From an uncultured Candidatus Saccharibacteria bacterium (GTDB lineage Bacteria > Patescibacteriota > Minisyncoccia > Phycocordibacterales > DATDWN01): 64,000 nucleotides of DNA. Both the position numbers and the translations under genes were made by a program. The stretch is taken from positions 392 through 64,391 of the forward strand of contig CAZDPS010000002.1 of assembly GCA_964507615.1 (NCBI GenBank), in the 5' to 3' direction. Numbering within the stretch: position 1 is the stretch's first letter; the number at the start of each line of letters is the position of its first letter. Below, in pieces: positions 19,429 to 29,166 of the stretch. The notes beneath the pieces are model-generated. The model was not told the DNA's origin, made no database searches, and saw only the letters and a program-made list of their open reading frames with translations.

Positions 19429-20553
19429 ATGAAATTGGCCTATATTACAAACGCTAGTTTTGTTGGTGGATGGGCACACTCGGTGCAGATAGTAAATATG
19501 TGTAAATCATTTTCGGAAAATGGGGTAGATGTAACACTTATTTTGCCTTACAGAAAAATTTTTTCCGAAGTTGATTTGTTTGATCATTATAAGATTCCTA
19601 GGAATTTCAAGGTCAAGTTGGTGCCGTGTTTGGATCTGTTTTTTGGAAATCCCAGCAAATTTTTTTATTGGCTCAGATTCATATCTTTTTATTTATCAGC
19701 AAGAATATATATTCTTTTTAAACCATTTGATTATTTGTATTCCAGAGATTTGTACTCTGCTTTGTTTTTTCCGAAAATTATTATTGAACAACATTCTTTT
19801 CCAAAAAAAATTAAATTTCCTCTTAACTTTGTTTTTAATAAAAAAAGAAAGGTTGTTTGTTTAACGTTTTTTATAAAAAATCGTTTTATTAAGGCCGGCA
19901 TCCTTGACACTAATGCTATAGTGGCTCCTTCGGCCGTTGATTTGGAAGAATTTAGTGAAAAAAAATCAAAAATGATCATTGAAGGTATAGAAGATGGAGA
20001 TTTTGTTTTTGGTTATATCGGAACTCTTAAAACTATGGGTATGGAAAAAGGGGTGTCTGACTGTCTGAAATCGTTAAAATTTCTAGACAGTAGTTATAAG
20101 TTTCTGGTTGTTGGTGGAGAAAAAGACGATTTGGAGTACTACAAAAAAATGTCAGAAGATTTAAATGTTCAAGACAAAGTGGTTTTTGTGGGGAAGGTTC
20201 CTTATTCCGAAGTTTCTAGTTATTCTTCTGCTTGTGATATTTTTGTTGCACCATATCCTGAAAATGAACATTATAGTTTTTTTATGTCTCCTCTCAAGAT
20301 TTTTGAGTATATGGCAAGTAAAAAACCTATCATTACAACATCATTACCATCGGTGAAAGAAGTGTTGGAGGACGGAAAAAATGCTATGCTTATTGAGCCA
20401 AATAATCCGAAACAACTAGCTGAATCCATAATTAAATTAAAAAATGATCACGAACTTGGTGTAAAGCTATCAGAGAGAGCATTTGAAGATGTTAAGGAAA
20501 AGTATACCTGGGATAAAAGAGCGAAAACAATATTAGATTTTATAAAAAAATGA
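19429..20553 (+). CDS. glycosyltransferase, GT4 family
   Basis: FMSPLKIFEYMASKKPIITT and GKNAMLIEP C-terminal GT-B pattern. Confidence 0.7.
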   Translation: MKLAYITNASFVGGWAHSVQIVNMCKSFSENGVDVTLILPYRKIFSEVDLFDHYKIPRNFKVKLVPCLDLFFGNPSKFFYWLRFISFYLSARIYILFKPFDYLYSRDLYSALFFPKIIIEQHSFPKKIKFPLNFVFNKKRKVVCLTFFIKNRFIKAGILDTNAIVAPSAVDLEEFSEKKSKMIIEGIEDGDFVFGYIGTLKTMGMEKGVSDCLKSLKFLDSSYKFLVVGGEKDDLEYYKKMSEDLNVQDKVVFVGKVPYSEVSSYSSACDIFVAPYPENEHYSFFMSPLKIFEYMASKKPIITTSLPSVKEVLEDGKNAMLIEPNNPKQLAESIIKLKNDHELGVKLSERAFEDVKEKYTWDKRAKTILDFIKK

Positions 20554-21716
20554 TTAAATTAATTAAATCAACTTTTCACAAAGAAAAACAAACAAAGAAA
20601 AAACTTTGTGATTTCATAAAAAAAGCAGAGCAGTTATCTATTGGTAAACATTGTGCTGATTTTGAAAGAGATTTTTCTTTGTGGCAAGGAAGAAAATACG
20701 CCGTTATGTTTAACAGCGGTAGCTCGGCAAATTTGGCATTGATTCAGACATTGTTGAACCTAAATAAAATTAAACCTGGTGACAGTGTCGGTTTTTCAGC
20801 GGTAACATGGGCTACAAATGTTATGCCTCTGATAAGTTTAAATTTAAAACCAATTCCTATTGATATAGAGTTAAACTCACTAAACATTTCATCTAGAAAA
20901 GTTATTGAAACATACCAGAAGCATAAATTCAAATGTTTATTCATCACTAATTTACTGGGATTTTCTGATGATATTGATGAAATAAGAAATTTTTGTAAAG
21001 AAAAAAACATTGTTTTGATAGAAGACAATTGTGAATCTCTGGGTACAGAGTATAAGAATAAAAAACTAGGTAATTTTAGTTATGCGTCAACATTTTCTTT
21101 TTATGTTGGGCATCATTTATCCACAATTGAGGGGGGAATGGTTTGTACTGACGATAAAACGATTGACACGATGTTGAGGATGGTTAGATCTCATGGGTGG
21201 GATAGACACCTAGATAAACTAGAACAAGATAAATTAAGAAAAAAATATAAAGTAAATGAATTTTATGGTAAATATACCTTTTATGATATAGGTTATAATT
21301 TACGACCAACTGAAATACAAGGTTTTCTTGGGGTGGATCAGTTGAAATATTTAGATAGCATGATTAATAGTCGTGAGAATAATTATAAATCTCTAGAAGG
21401 TATATATTCAAATCAAAGTTTTGTTAAAATAGAAAACAAAAATCTAACAAGGATATCAAATTTCGCTTTCCCTATTATTTGTAAAAATAAAAAAATCCTG
21501 GATAAATATATGGGTTTGGCAAAAATTTCACAAATTGAGATAAGACCAATTGTAGCTGGTAATATAAATAATCAAGTATTTTTCAATAAACATGTTAAGA
21601 GTAAATTTTATTTACCAAATACAGAGATGGTTCATAATCAAGGATTTTATTTTGGAAATAACCCCGATATGACAAAAAAAGAAATAAATATATTAATAAA
21701 AACTTTTTCAAAATAG
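20550..21716 (+). CDS. DegT-family enzyme with His replacing the Schiff-base Lys: ColD/E1(RfbH)-like NDP-4-keto-6-deoxyhexose 3-dehydratase
   Basis: FSFYVGHHLSTIEGGMV aligns with the FSMYANKIVTTGEGG motif of the neighbouring aminotransferase. The His-His codons are at 21111-21116. Confidence 0.55.
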   Translation: MIKLIKSTFHKEKQTKKKLCDFIKKAEQLSIGKHCADFERDFSLWQGRKYAVMFNSGSSANLALIQTLLNLNKIKPGDSVGFSAVTWATNVMPLISLNLKPIPIDIELNSLNISSRKVIETYQKHKFKCLFITNLLGFSDDIDEIRNFCKEKNIVLIEDNCESLGTEYKNKKLGNFSYASTFSFYVGHHLSTIEGGMVCTDDKTIDTMLRMVRSHGWDRHLDKLEQDKLRKKYKVNEFYGKYTFYDIGYNLRPTEIQGFLGVDQLKYLDSMINSRENNYKSLEGIYSNQSFVKIENKNLTRISNFAFPIICKNKKILDKYMGLAKISQIEIRPIVAGNINNQVFFNKHVKSKFYLPNTEMVHNQGFYFGNNPDMTKKEINILIKTFSK

Positions 21717-21733
21717 TATAAATTATTGAATAT

Positions 21734-22453
21734 ATGTACGTGCAAAAGACTCTAGTCATTATCCCTAGCTACAATGAAAGTGAGAATATAGTTAAGTTAA
21801 TTAGCGTGTTACTTGGTGAAAATCAAAGCATTGATGTGTTAGTTGTTGATGACAGTCTAGATAACACTGCCGAGTTGGTGAAAGAAAGACAGGTTGGGGA
21901 ACCTAGACTTCATATTATAAAAAGACAAGGAAAAGGTGGAAGAGGTACGGCAGTGTTGGAAGGTTTTAAATTTGGTTTGGCTAGAGACTATAGGTTTATA
22001 GCAGAAATGGATGCTGATTTTTCACACGATCCAAAAGAATTCAAATCTCTTCTTGCGGTTTCAGGAGATAACGTTCTTGTTATAGGTTCTCGTTATTTGA
22101 GAGAGAGTAGAATAATCGGCTGGCCACTATCTCGAAGAATTTTCAGTAAACTAGCTAATTTCTATGCAAATATGGTTTTGCGAGCAAATATACATGATTA
22201 TACTAATGGCTATAGAATATATGGTAGAGGAGCTTTGGAAAAGTTAGATGTGCCAAAAATAAAAGGTATGGGTTACATTGTTTTGTCAGAAATTTTATAC
22301 CAATTATTTAGAGATGGAGTAAGTCTGGTAGAAGTGCCTACGATTTTTATTAATCGTAAAAAAGGAACCTCAAATTTTTCTCTTAAAGAAATAACAGAAG
22401 CTTTTACTTCGGTTATTAGAATTAGACTGAGTTATGGTAAGTTGGATAGATGA
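21734..22453 (+). CDS. GT2 glycosyltransferase, Dpm1-like polyprenyl-phosphate sugar synthase
   Basis: LVIIPSYNESENI...VVDDSLDNT...EMDADFSHDP motifs. Confidence 0.75.
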   Translation: MYVQKTLVIIPSYNESENIVKLISVLLGENQSIDVLVVDDSLDNTAELVKERQVGEPRLHIIKRQGKGGRGTAVLEGFKFGLARDYRFIAEMDADFSHDPKEFKSLLAVSGDNVLVIGSRYLRESRIIGWPLSRRIFSKLANFYANMVLRANIHDYTNGYRIYGRGALEKLDVPKIKGMGYIVLSEILYQLFRDGVSLVEVPTIFINRKKGTSNFSLKEITEAFTSVIRIRLSYGKLDR

Positions 22454-22487
22454 ATTTTATAAAATAATATAAATTATTCAAATAACA

Positions 22488-24179
22488 ATGAAAAACAATT
22501 CGTTTATTATTTCCACTGTTATTTCTATAACTTTTGCTATTGTGCCTTTTGTAGTGATATTTTTTCTGTCTATTGGTAATTATCCAAAAATTCCAGTTGA
22601 AATAATGGATGATAGTAATTACTACTATTCACGTGCTGTGGAGATATCTGAAGGTAATTTCTTTGCTGGAAATCAGTACATAGAAGAAAATAAAAATGAA
22701 TTATCCCCATCTTTTTTTGTGGGTGATTGGTTGTGGTCTACTCCTCTTATTTTAGGTCTGTCGATTCAGTCTTCTATAGTGCTCAATCAGATTTTGTGGT
22801 TTTTGTTCTTCGGTGTTTTGTTGTATTGTATTTTTTTATTTTTTGGAATGGAAAAAAAATATATTCCATGGGCCATAAGTTTTGTGTTTCTGTTTATTTA
22901 TTGGTATCTGGCCCGTCCTGTTGCTATGCAGATAATTTATCCAATCTTTTTGATGTGGTTAGTTAGTTTAGTTATGTATTTAAGAGAGCCGGATTCCAAG
23001 AGAAATTTGTTACTTTTGTTCTTGTCATCCACTGTTTCTGTCTACGTTTATACTTATTTAGCACAAATAATTTTTGTAACTTTTTTTGTGCTTCTGTTTT
23101 CAACCTTTTTTCAACCTTTCAAAAAATATAGGTATTTGTGGTTTGTTTCTGTTGCTGTATTTATGGCATCTGTTCCGTTTATTTATTATTCATTTAAACA
23201 GATAGGACATCCATTGTATTTTGAAACATTCTATAGAATAGGACTAGTTAATACACATATGATAGGAACTCCTGCTCTCATATATTCTTTGGTTCTAATG
23301 ATCGGCCTATCTCTACTTTATTTGTTTAGAAACAGGTTTCTTCACCATGAGTTAATCATGATATATTCTGTTTCTTTTGGACTCTTTCTAGCAACAGTAA
23401 GTAACGTTTTTACAGGAAAGGATCTAGAAATAGCGGTACACGTCGGTAGATTTGTTGAGTTGTGGTCAGTAATTTTACTATGTTTGTTTGTGCAAAAAAA
23501 TTGTGATGATTTTAAAAATTGGAATTGTTATAAAATAATTACCTTTGGTATTTACGTCTTATTTGTTATTAGTTTTTTTATGTTCCAATTGAGGGTGTGG
23601 ACCAATGTAAATGGTGGGTTATTGGATAATGAAGTTTATTATGCTCCATTGGAGTGGCTTAAAGATAACACACCAGAAGATTCAGTAATTTTGGCTAATG
23701 ACAATTTTTCTTCGTATGTTCCAGTAATGACACATAATTATGTTTTATTTCATCCAAACGCCTTACTTCAAATAGACAAAGATGAGAATATAAAAAATAG
23801 ATATCTAGCATCAAGAATTTTTGAAAATCTAAATAGGGAAGATATCAAGAGAGATATGCGTAAGTATGCAGGGGCAGGGTATACAGCACATAGACACATG
23901 GTACACAACAGAAGTGTCAGGTTGTGTCAAATATTACATCTTAATTTACTAGGTAAAGATTGTGGTCAGTTTGAGACACAATATACATTAGTAGGAGAGA
24001 AGTATTTTTCTGATATGGAGGAACAGTTCGGTGTTTTTAAAAAGGATAAATTAAAAACTTTAAAAAATTACAATGTTTCTTATGTCGTTTTCGATAAACT
24101 AAAAGATGATTGGTTTTTACCAAAAGGTTTAAAACCGGTTTGGACAAATGGCAGGTTTGAGATTTATGAGGTATCTTAA
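22488..24179 (+). CDS. polytopic membrane protein with C-terminal soluble domain, possible GT-C glycosyltransferase
   Basis: 563 aa with many TM segments. Acidic MDDSNYYY loop after TM1. Sits directly after a Dpm1-like GT2. Confidence 0.45.
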   Translation: MKNNSFIISTVISITFAIVPFVVIFFLSIGNYPKIPVEIMDDSNYYYSRAVEISEGNFFAGNQYIEENKNELSPSFFVGDWLWSTPLILGLSIQSSIVLNQILWFLFFGVLLYCIFLFFGMEKKYIPWAISFVFLFIYWYLARPVAMQIIYPIFLMWLVSLVMYLREPDSKRNLLLLFLSSTVSVYVYTYLAQIIFVTFFVLLFSTFFQPFKKYRYLWFVSVAVFMASVPFIYYSFKQIGHPLYFETFYRIGLVNTHMIGTPALIYSLVLMIGLSLLYLFRNRFLHHELIMIYSVSFGLFLATVSNVFTGKDLEIAVHVGRFVELWSVILLCLFVQKNCDDFKNWNCYKIITFGIYVLFVISFFMFQLRVWTNVNGGLLDNEVYYAPLEWLKDNTPEDSVILANDNFSSYVPVMTHNYVLFHPNALLQIDKDENIKNRYLASRIFENLNREDIKRDMRKYAGAGYTAHRHMVHNRSVRLCQILHLNLLGKDCGQFETQYTLVGEKYFSDMEEQFGVFKKDKLKTLKNYNVSYVVFDKLKDDWFLPKGLKPVWTNGRFEIYEVS

Positions 24180-24215
24180 TGATTCGTTAAAAATAGTTAT
24201 TTATGTTATAAATAT

Positions 24216-25561
24216 ATGATGAAAAATAACGATTTTTTGGATTCTGTATCTTCTGGTGATGTTGATAGTTCAAGTCTTTTTCAAAATGAGGCTATCAAGG
24301 TTATAAATCTACTTAAAAGAGAATTTGTGTTTCCTGATGGTAGTTTTTTTCTTGAAAAATATGGAAATGAAATTTTTAGTCATCATATTTACCCAGATTT
24401 AGGTGATTTCATTGTTTTTTCTTGTATTTTAATGAAAAAGAATTTGTTAATAAACAAATAAATTTGTTTAAAGATTCCCTAAAAAATGGTTTGTTAGTTT
24501 CAGAATTTAAATCATTCGGGGTTTCTGGTTTGGTTAAATCATATGATTACACTGATCTCTTGCTTGGTCTTTATGATATATATATGAATAGCAAGAATGA
24601 AGATGATAAAAAGTATCTAATACACACAGCGGATCTTAGTATAAAAATATTTAATTTTGAGAATAATATAAAATCTTATTATAGCCCGCTACTCCATTTT
24701 GGTTTACCTTTGTTTGATACTAGAGATGGAACTTTTATAGAGTTTTTTTGTGAGTTATATGATCTAACAAAAAATGATAAATATCTTAAGGTGGCAAAAA
24801 ACATCTATAAAAAAATTATAGATGGTGATTTTTATAAAAAACACAATATTCTTCCTACCTTCGATTCTCCTAGAGTTTTTAAATTTTTATCAAGGTATGC
24901 TATAGACAATTCCAAATTTAATTCTGGAGCCATTATAAAAAATAATACTAATAGTTTATTTGGTTTTTTATCTATAGCAAAATACGGTGAACCTGGTGCG
25001 CTGGTAGAAATTTGGAAGATTGTAGAATCAATTTTCAGTATAGTCGATAAAACAGATGGAGGGGTTCCTTTGGTGTTTGATCCATTAAACACCGCTAAAT
25101 ATTCTAGTCTGTCTGCGACTTTTCCAGTGATAGATTTTCTTTGTGATCTATATGACTACAAAAGTGAAAAAAGAGCTATTATATTGGCAAAAAAGTTAGC
25201 TGATTTTTGGTTGACCAAACAAGGTAAAACAGGTCTTTTTCCTCATGAAAGTGACAAAAATGACTCATTCTTTGATGCAGAAACAGATATGTCGGTTTCT
25301 TTATATAAATTATGGGAAAAAACAGGGGAGAGTAAATACAAGGAGGCAGCAGATTTTTGTGTTAATGGTATATTCAAATATCACGGAACCAAAGATTACG
25401 TTTTATGCGTCGATATTAATAGTGGTGAAGTAACAAATAATGCACAAAGAACGAAATTCATTGCGTTGTTTCTCAAATTGCTTATTTTGAGAATAGAATA
25501 TAGTAAGGGTTCAAAGATATACTCACACAAACACCTTTTTGATTTGTTAAGAGATAGATGA
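24216..25561 (+). CDS. alpha-helical-repeat (six-hairpin/AGE-like?) protein split by a -1 frame change in a T6 run
   Basis: Track ORFs 24216..24461 and 24422..25561 overlap in different frames. The second has no ATG near its start. Frames join at TTTTTT 24415-24420. Confidence 0.5.
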
Positions 25562-25562
25562 T

Positions 25563-26795
25563 ATGGATTTAGATCTTGTTTTACTAAAGAGAAAAAGTTG
25601 CAGACAATATTTAAAAGATATTGTTCCAAGGGATTTAATAGAAAAGCTAATCTTTGCTTCCAGTTTGGCCCCAGTTTCTTGTAACCTACAACTTACCCAA
25701 TATGTTGTTGTGGATAGTGAAGAGATATTGAATAAATTAATTAGTGAGGTGAGTTATAAATTTGCCTATGCACCAAGTTGCATAGTGGTTCTTCAGGACA
25801 TTAGATTTATGGGAGAAAGATATGCCGGGGTAATGAGTGCTGGTATGGCGGTACAAAATATTCTGTTAAAAGCTACAGATTTGGGTTTATCTACCTGTTC
25901 TATGGCAGGCTTTGGTGGTGATGATAGAATAAAAAAAATTTTAAATATTCCGGATCACCTAAAGATTTTGTTGATAATATCTGTTGGGTACCCTGATGAC
26001 TCTGTTTATTCAACCAATACACAAAGATTATCAACTAAAGAAAGATTTAGTTTTGATAAATATAATGGCTTGAATACAATAAATGATTCTTTGGATTTAG
26101 ATAATCAGTCTATACGTGATGTGGTTGATTATAGGAGGAGAATTTCTTCGGTGTATATGGATAGATTCAGATTGAACACATACAAGGAGTCTTATTACAC
26201 TCAGTTTTATAACTATCTTGATCAAAATGTTCTAGCTGGTCTTAATAAAGGTAAATTAATAGATATAATTAGCTACGATGGGGTTTTCTTGAGAGACATT
26301 TTTGAACATAAAATAAACGAAAAACTTGATATATATACTTCAGACTATTTATCCAATAATCTAGACTTTTTTGAAAAAAGTTTCGGTTTCAAGACGGTAA
26401 AGATATCAGATAAAAACGAACTTATTACAGAAGATGTTTTTGATGTTGCCACTTTAGTGTTTCAATTGCAATTTACTCCAAAAGTGGGGGATTTGTTAAA
26501 AAGTGTTCGTTCTAAAATGAACAAGAGTTCTATTTTTGTGGTTTCTGTTATACATGAAATTTGGTACAAAAAGATTATTATTAAAATCATGAATTTTTAT
26601 AAAACGTTTTTTTTAAGAGAAAAAATGAATGTATATGAGAATAATAGATTTTATAAAATTGGTCCTGTTAAAAATTACACACCTAATAAGACAGTTTCCT
26701 TATTTGAAACAAATGGTTTTAAAATTAAGGACAAATATATTAAAAAACTAGATAGAGGTAATCTTCTTGGTATTTATATATTTATAAAAAGTTAA
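25563..26795 (+). CDS. nitroreductase-family domain fused to an uncharacterised C-terminal domain
   Basis: N-terminal LLKRKSCRQY...LAPVSCNLQ nitroreductase pattern. The ~220-aa C-terminal extension has no recognised motif. Confidence 0.55.
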   Translation: MDLDLVLLKRKSCRQYLKDIVPRDLIEKLIFASSLAPVSCNLQLTQYVVVDSEEILNKLISEVSYKFAYAPSCIVVLQDIRFMGERYAGVMSAGMAVQNILLKATDLGLSTCSMAGFGGDDRIKKILNIPDHLKILLIISVGYPDDSVYSTNTQRLSTKERFSFDKYNGLNTINDSLDLDNQSIRDVVDYRRRISSVYMDRFRLNTYKESYYTQFYNYLDQNVLAGLNKGKLIDIISYDGVFLRDIFEHKINEKLDIYTSDYLSNNLDFFEKSFGFKTVKISDKNELITEDVFDVATLVFQLQFTPKVGDLLKSVRSKMNKSSIFVVSVIHEIWYKKIIIKIMNFYKTFFLREKMNVYENNRFYKIGPVKNYTPNKTVSLFETNGFKIKDKYIKKLDRGNLLGIYIFIKS

Positions 26796-28045
26796 TTTAT
26801 TTTTCTAACCAGTTTTATACCTATTAATAAAACAACGACTCTGTTGATTAGTCGCGCATAAATAGCTCCCCATATTCCCATGAAATATACAAAAGGAATT
26901 AGCACCAATATGCTCGTTACGCTACTATAAATATTGTATTGGTATATCTCTTTCTGAAACTTTTGAGATTCCAAAAGGGTTAAAATAAATCCAGCCATAA
27001 TTACTGGGATTAAGGATATGGATAGTACTTGTGAATATATTATTGAATCAATATATTTTGGGAAAAAAGTTTTGAACAATATTGGTACAAAAATAATATA
27101 AATTACTACTATTAGTGTCGTAACCATGCCCAGCATAAAAACCTTGCTCCAAATAGTTTTTCTTATTTCTTTGTAAGGTTTTTCTGAAAATTTTGGCATT
27201 GCTAATGAGTTTAGATTTTTAAGCAAACCTTTTATCTGGTCTGTTGGGGCAAGTGCTAACGAATACGTTGCTAAATCCTTGGCTCCTATATATTGAAAAA
27301 CTAGAATTTTATCTAATTCTGATAAAATAATATTTATTATGTTTATGGCACTAAGATTTTTTCCATAAGGTATAGATTCATCATCAACCTTGTCATTTTC
27401 CACATACAACCTCTTTGTTTTTATAAAGAAGTATATGTTAGGTATTACAATAGACAGAAAATATATCGCTAGTATAAAAAATATATTTTTTGTGAAAATT
27501 ATTACCAAAATCATTGCTATTAGAGCAATAATTTTTTTTATTATGTTGTATTTTGTTTGTATATCAAATAACTTTTTACCCCACAAAAGAGAGTTATAAA
27601 TATCAAAACTTTCTACAAAAGGTAAAAACATTGCTGTGATCCCAAAACATAAGGCCAGTACATTGTTATCGTTAATAAAATAATATATTCCTAAACCAAA
27701 AGACAATATTGTTCCCCAAATACCCCATTTCATTTTTATCTTTACACCCTCATCTAAAGTACCATCATAACCCCTGCTTACTGATTGAATTACGGCTGAA
27801 TCCATCCCTGTTAGTGTTGTTACCAGAAGTAGGGCGTTAATAGATATTACATATTTATATATACCGAAGATGTCGGGTGATAAGAGATTCGCAAAAGCCA
27901 CCGATGTTAAAAAAACCGACAAGGAGGACACAAACTGTCCCAAACCAAGCCAAAAACTACCATGCGCCAAATAAATCATGTCTGTTTTGGTATATTTTTC
28001 AAGCCATCTTAGACTTTTAGTTATATGTTTTTTTATAATATCCAT
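26792..28045 (-). CDS. Wzx-type oligosaccharide flippase (MOP superfamily)
   Basis: 417 aa, about 12 TM, polysaccharide-cluster context. Confidence 0.65.
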   Translation of the reverse strand: MDIIKKHITKSLRWLEKYTKTDMIYLAHGSFWLGLGQFVSSLSVFLTSVAFANLLSPDIFGIYKYVISINALLLVTTLTGMDSAVIQSVSRGYDGTLDEGVKIKMKWGIWGTILSFGLGIYYFINDNNVLALCFGITAMFLPFVESFDIYNSLLWGKKLFDIQTKYNIIKKIIALIAMILVIIFTKNIFFILAIYFLSIVIPNIYFFIKTKRLYVENDKVDDESIPYGKNLSAINIINIILSELDKILVFQYIGAKDLATYSLALAPTDQIKGLLKNLNSLAMPKFSEKPYKEIRKTIWSKVFMLGMVTTLIVVIYIIFVPILFKTFFPKYIDSIIYSQVLSISLIPVIMAGFILTLLESQKFQKEIYQYNIYSSVTSILVLIPFVYFMGIWGAIYARLINRVVVLLIGIKLVRKIN

Positions 28046-28060
28046 TTTACTTTATGTTTT

Positions 28061-29080
28061 TTAGATCATTTTCATCCATTGATCAAGTGGACTATTTATT
28101 ATTCCTGCAAAGTTGGTCGTTTCTATTTCTTTAAGGTTTTTTCTGATCCATTTCTCAACATTTTTTGCTGTATCTTCAAAACTATTTTTAGGTTTCCATT
28201 CAAAGTCACGAATGAAAGCATTGGAATCAATCTGTAAATTTCTTATATCTCCCAAGTCACCAATTATCTCCAACTCGCAACTAATATTGGATTTTATAAC
28301 TTCGGCAACTTCCATTTTAGATAGATTGTAACTACCTATGTTATATATTTTTTTTGGCCAAACTTTTTTTTCCATTATTTTAAAATAAGAATCGACAATG
28401 TCGTCTATGTCTATCTGTGCCCTGTATGCCTTAGGTTCAGAGATTTTTATAATTCCCTTTGATATAGCGCAATATAAAAAATGGTTTGGCAGTAATTCCA
28501 GTCTCATTCTCGGTGCTAGCCCCCACACAGTAGCTGGTCTTAGTACAATTACTTTAAATTTGGGATTTTCTTTCTTCTTTTTCTCAATATATTTCTCCAT
28601 TTTTAACTTATTCTTACAATAATTATCTGTTGATTTTGGGAGGCGAGAGTTTTCTTTTAGTAAAGAATTTATTTTCTGATTACCATATAGACTTGAAGTT
28701 GAATTGTATATTAGTGGTATTTTAAGTTCAGAAGCAAGGTCTATTACTTTACTAGAGGCTGTATAGTTAATTTCTTCGGTATGTGATGGATTGCTATTGC
28801 ATGCGTATATACCCACCAATTCTGCAAAATGAAAAAGGTAATCAGGTTTAAACTTTTTTAGCGATTCTTTTAATAAAGGTATATTTCTAGTATCCCCAAT
28901 AACCCAGTCAAGTTTGGTGCCTGGTGATTTTTTTGATTCAATTTCTCTTAATATTTTTTTATAGTCTTGCTTGTATATTAAGGAATCATATATAAACACA
29001 GAGTAACCTCTTGACAGGGCAACCATTGCTAGTTTTGATCCTATATAGCCAAAACCACCGGTTATGAATATTTTTTTCAT
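28061..29080 (-). CDS. NAD-dependent sugar epimerase/dehydratase (extended SDR)
   Basis: MKKIFITGGFGYIGSKL Rossmann motif. Start moved to the ATG at 29080. Confidence 0.75.
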   Translation of the reverse strand: MKKIFITGGFGYIGSKLAMVALSRGYSVFIYDSLIYKQDYKKILREIESKKSPGTKLDWVIGDTRNIPLLKESLKKFKPDYLFHFAELVGIYACNSNPSHTEEINYTASSKVIDLASELKIPLIYNSTSSLYGNQKINSLLKENSRLPKSTDNYCKNKLKMEKYIEKKKKENPKFKVIVLRPATVWGLAPRMRLELLPNHFLYCAISKGIIKISEPKAYRAQIDIDDIVDSYFKIMEKKVWPKKIYNIGSYNLSKMEVAEVIKSNISCELEIIGDLGDIRNLQIDSNAFIRDFEWKPKNSFEDTAKNVEKWIRKNLKEIETTNFAGIINSPLDQWMKMI

Positions 29081-29166
29081 GAGTAAGTGAATACTAACAG
29101 ATTTTGACATTTTTTTCTAGGTATTGACTATGGCCTATAAAACATTGATTTGGTATAATCCAGTTC

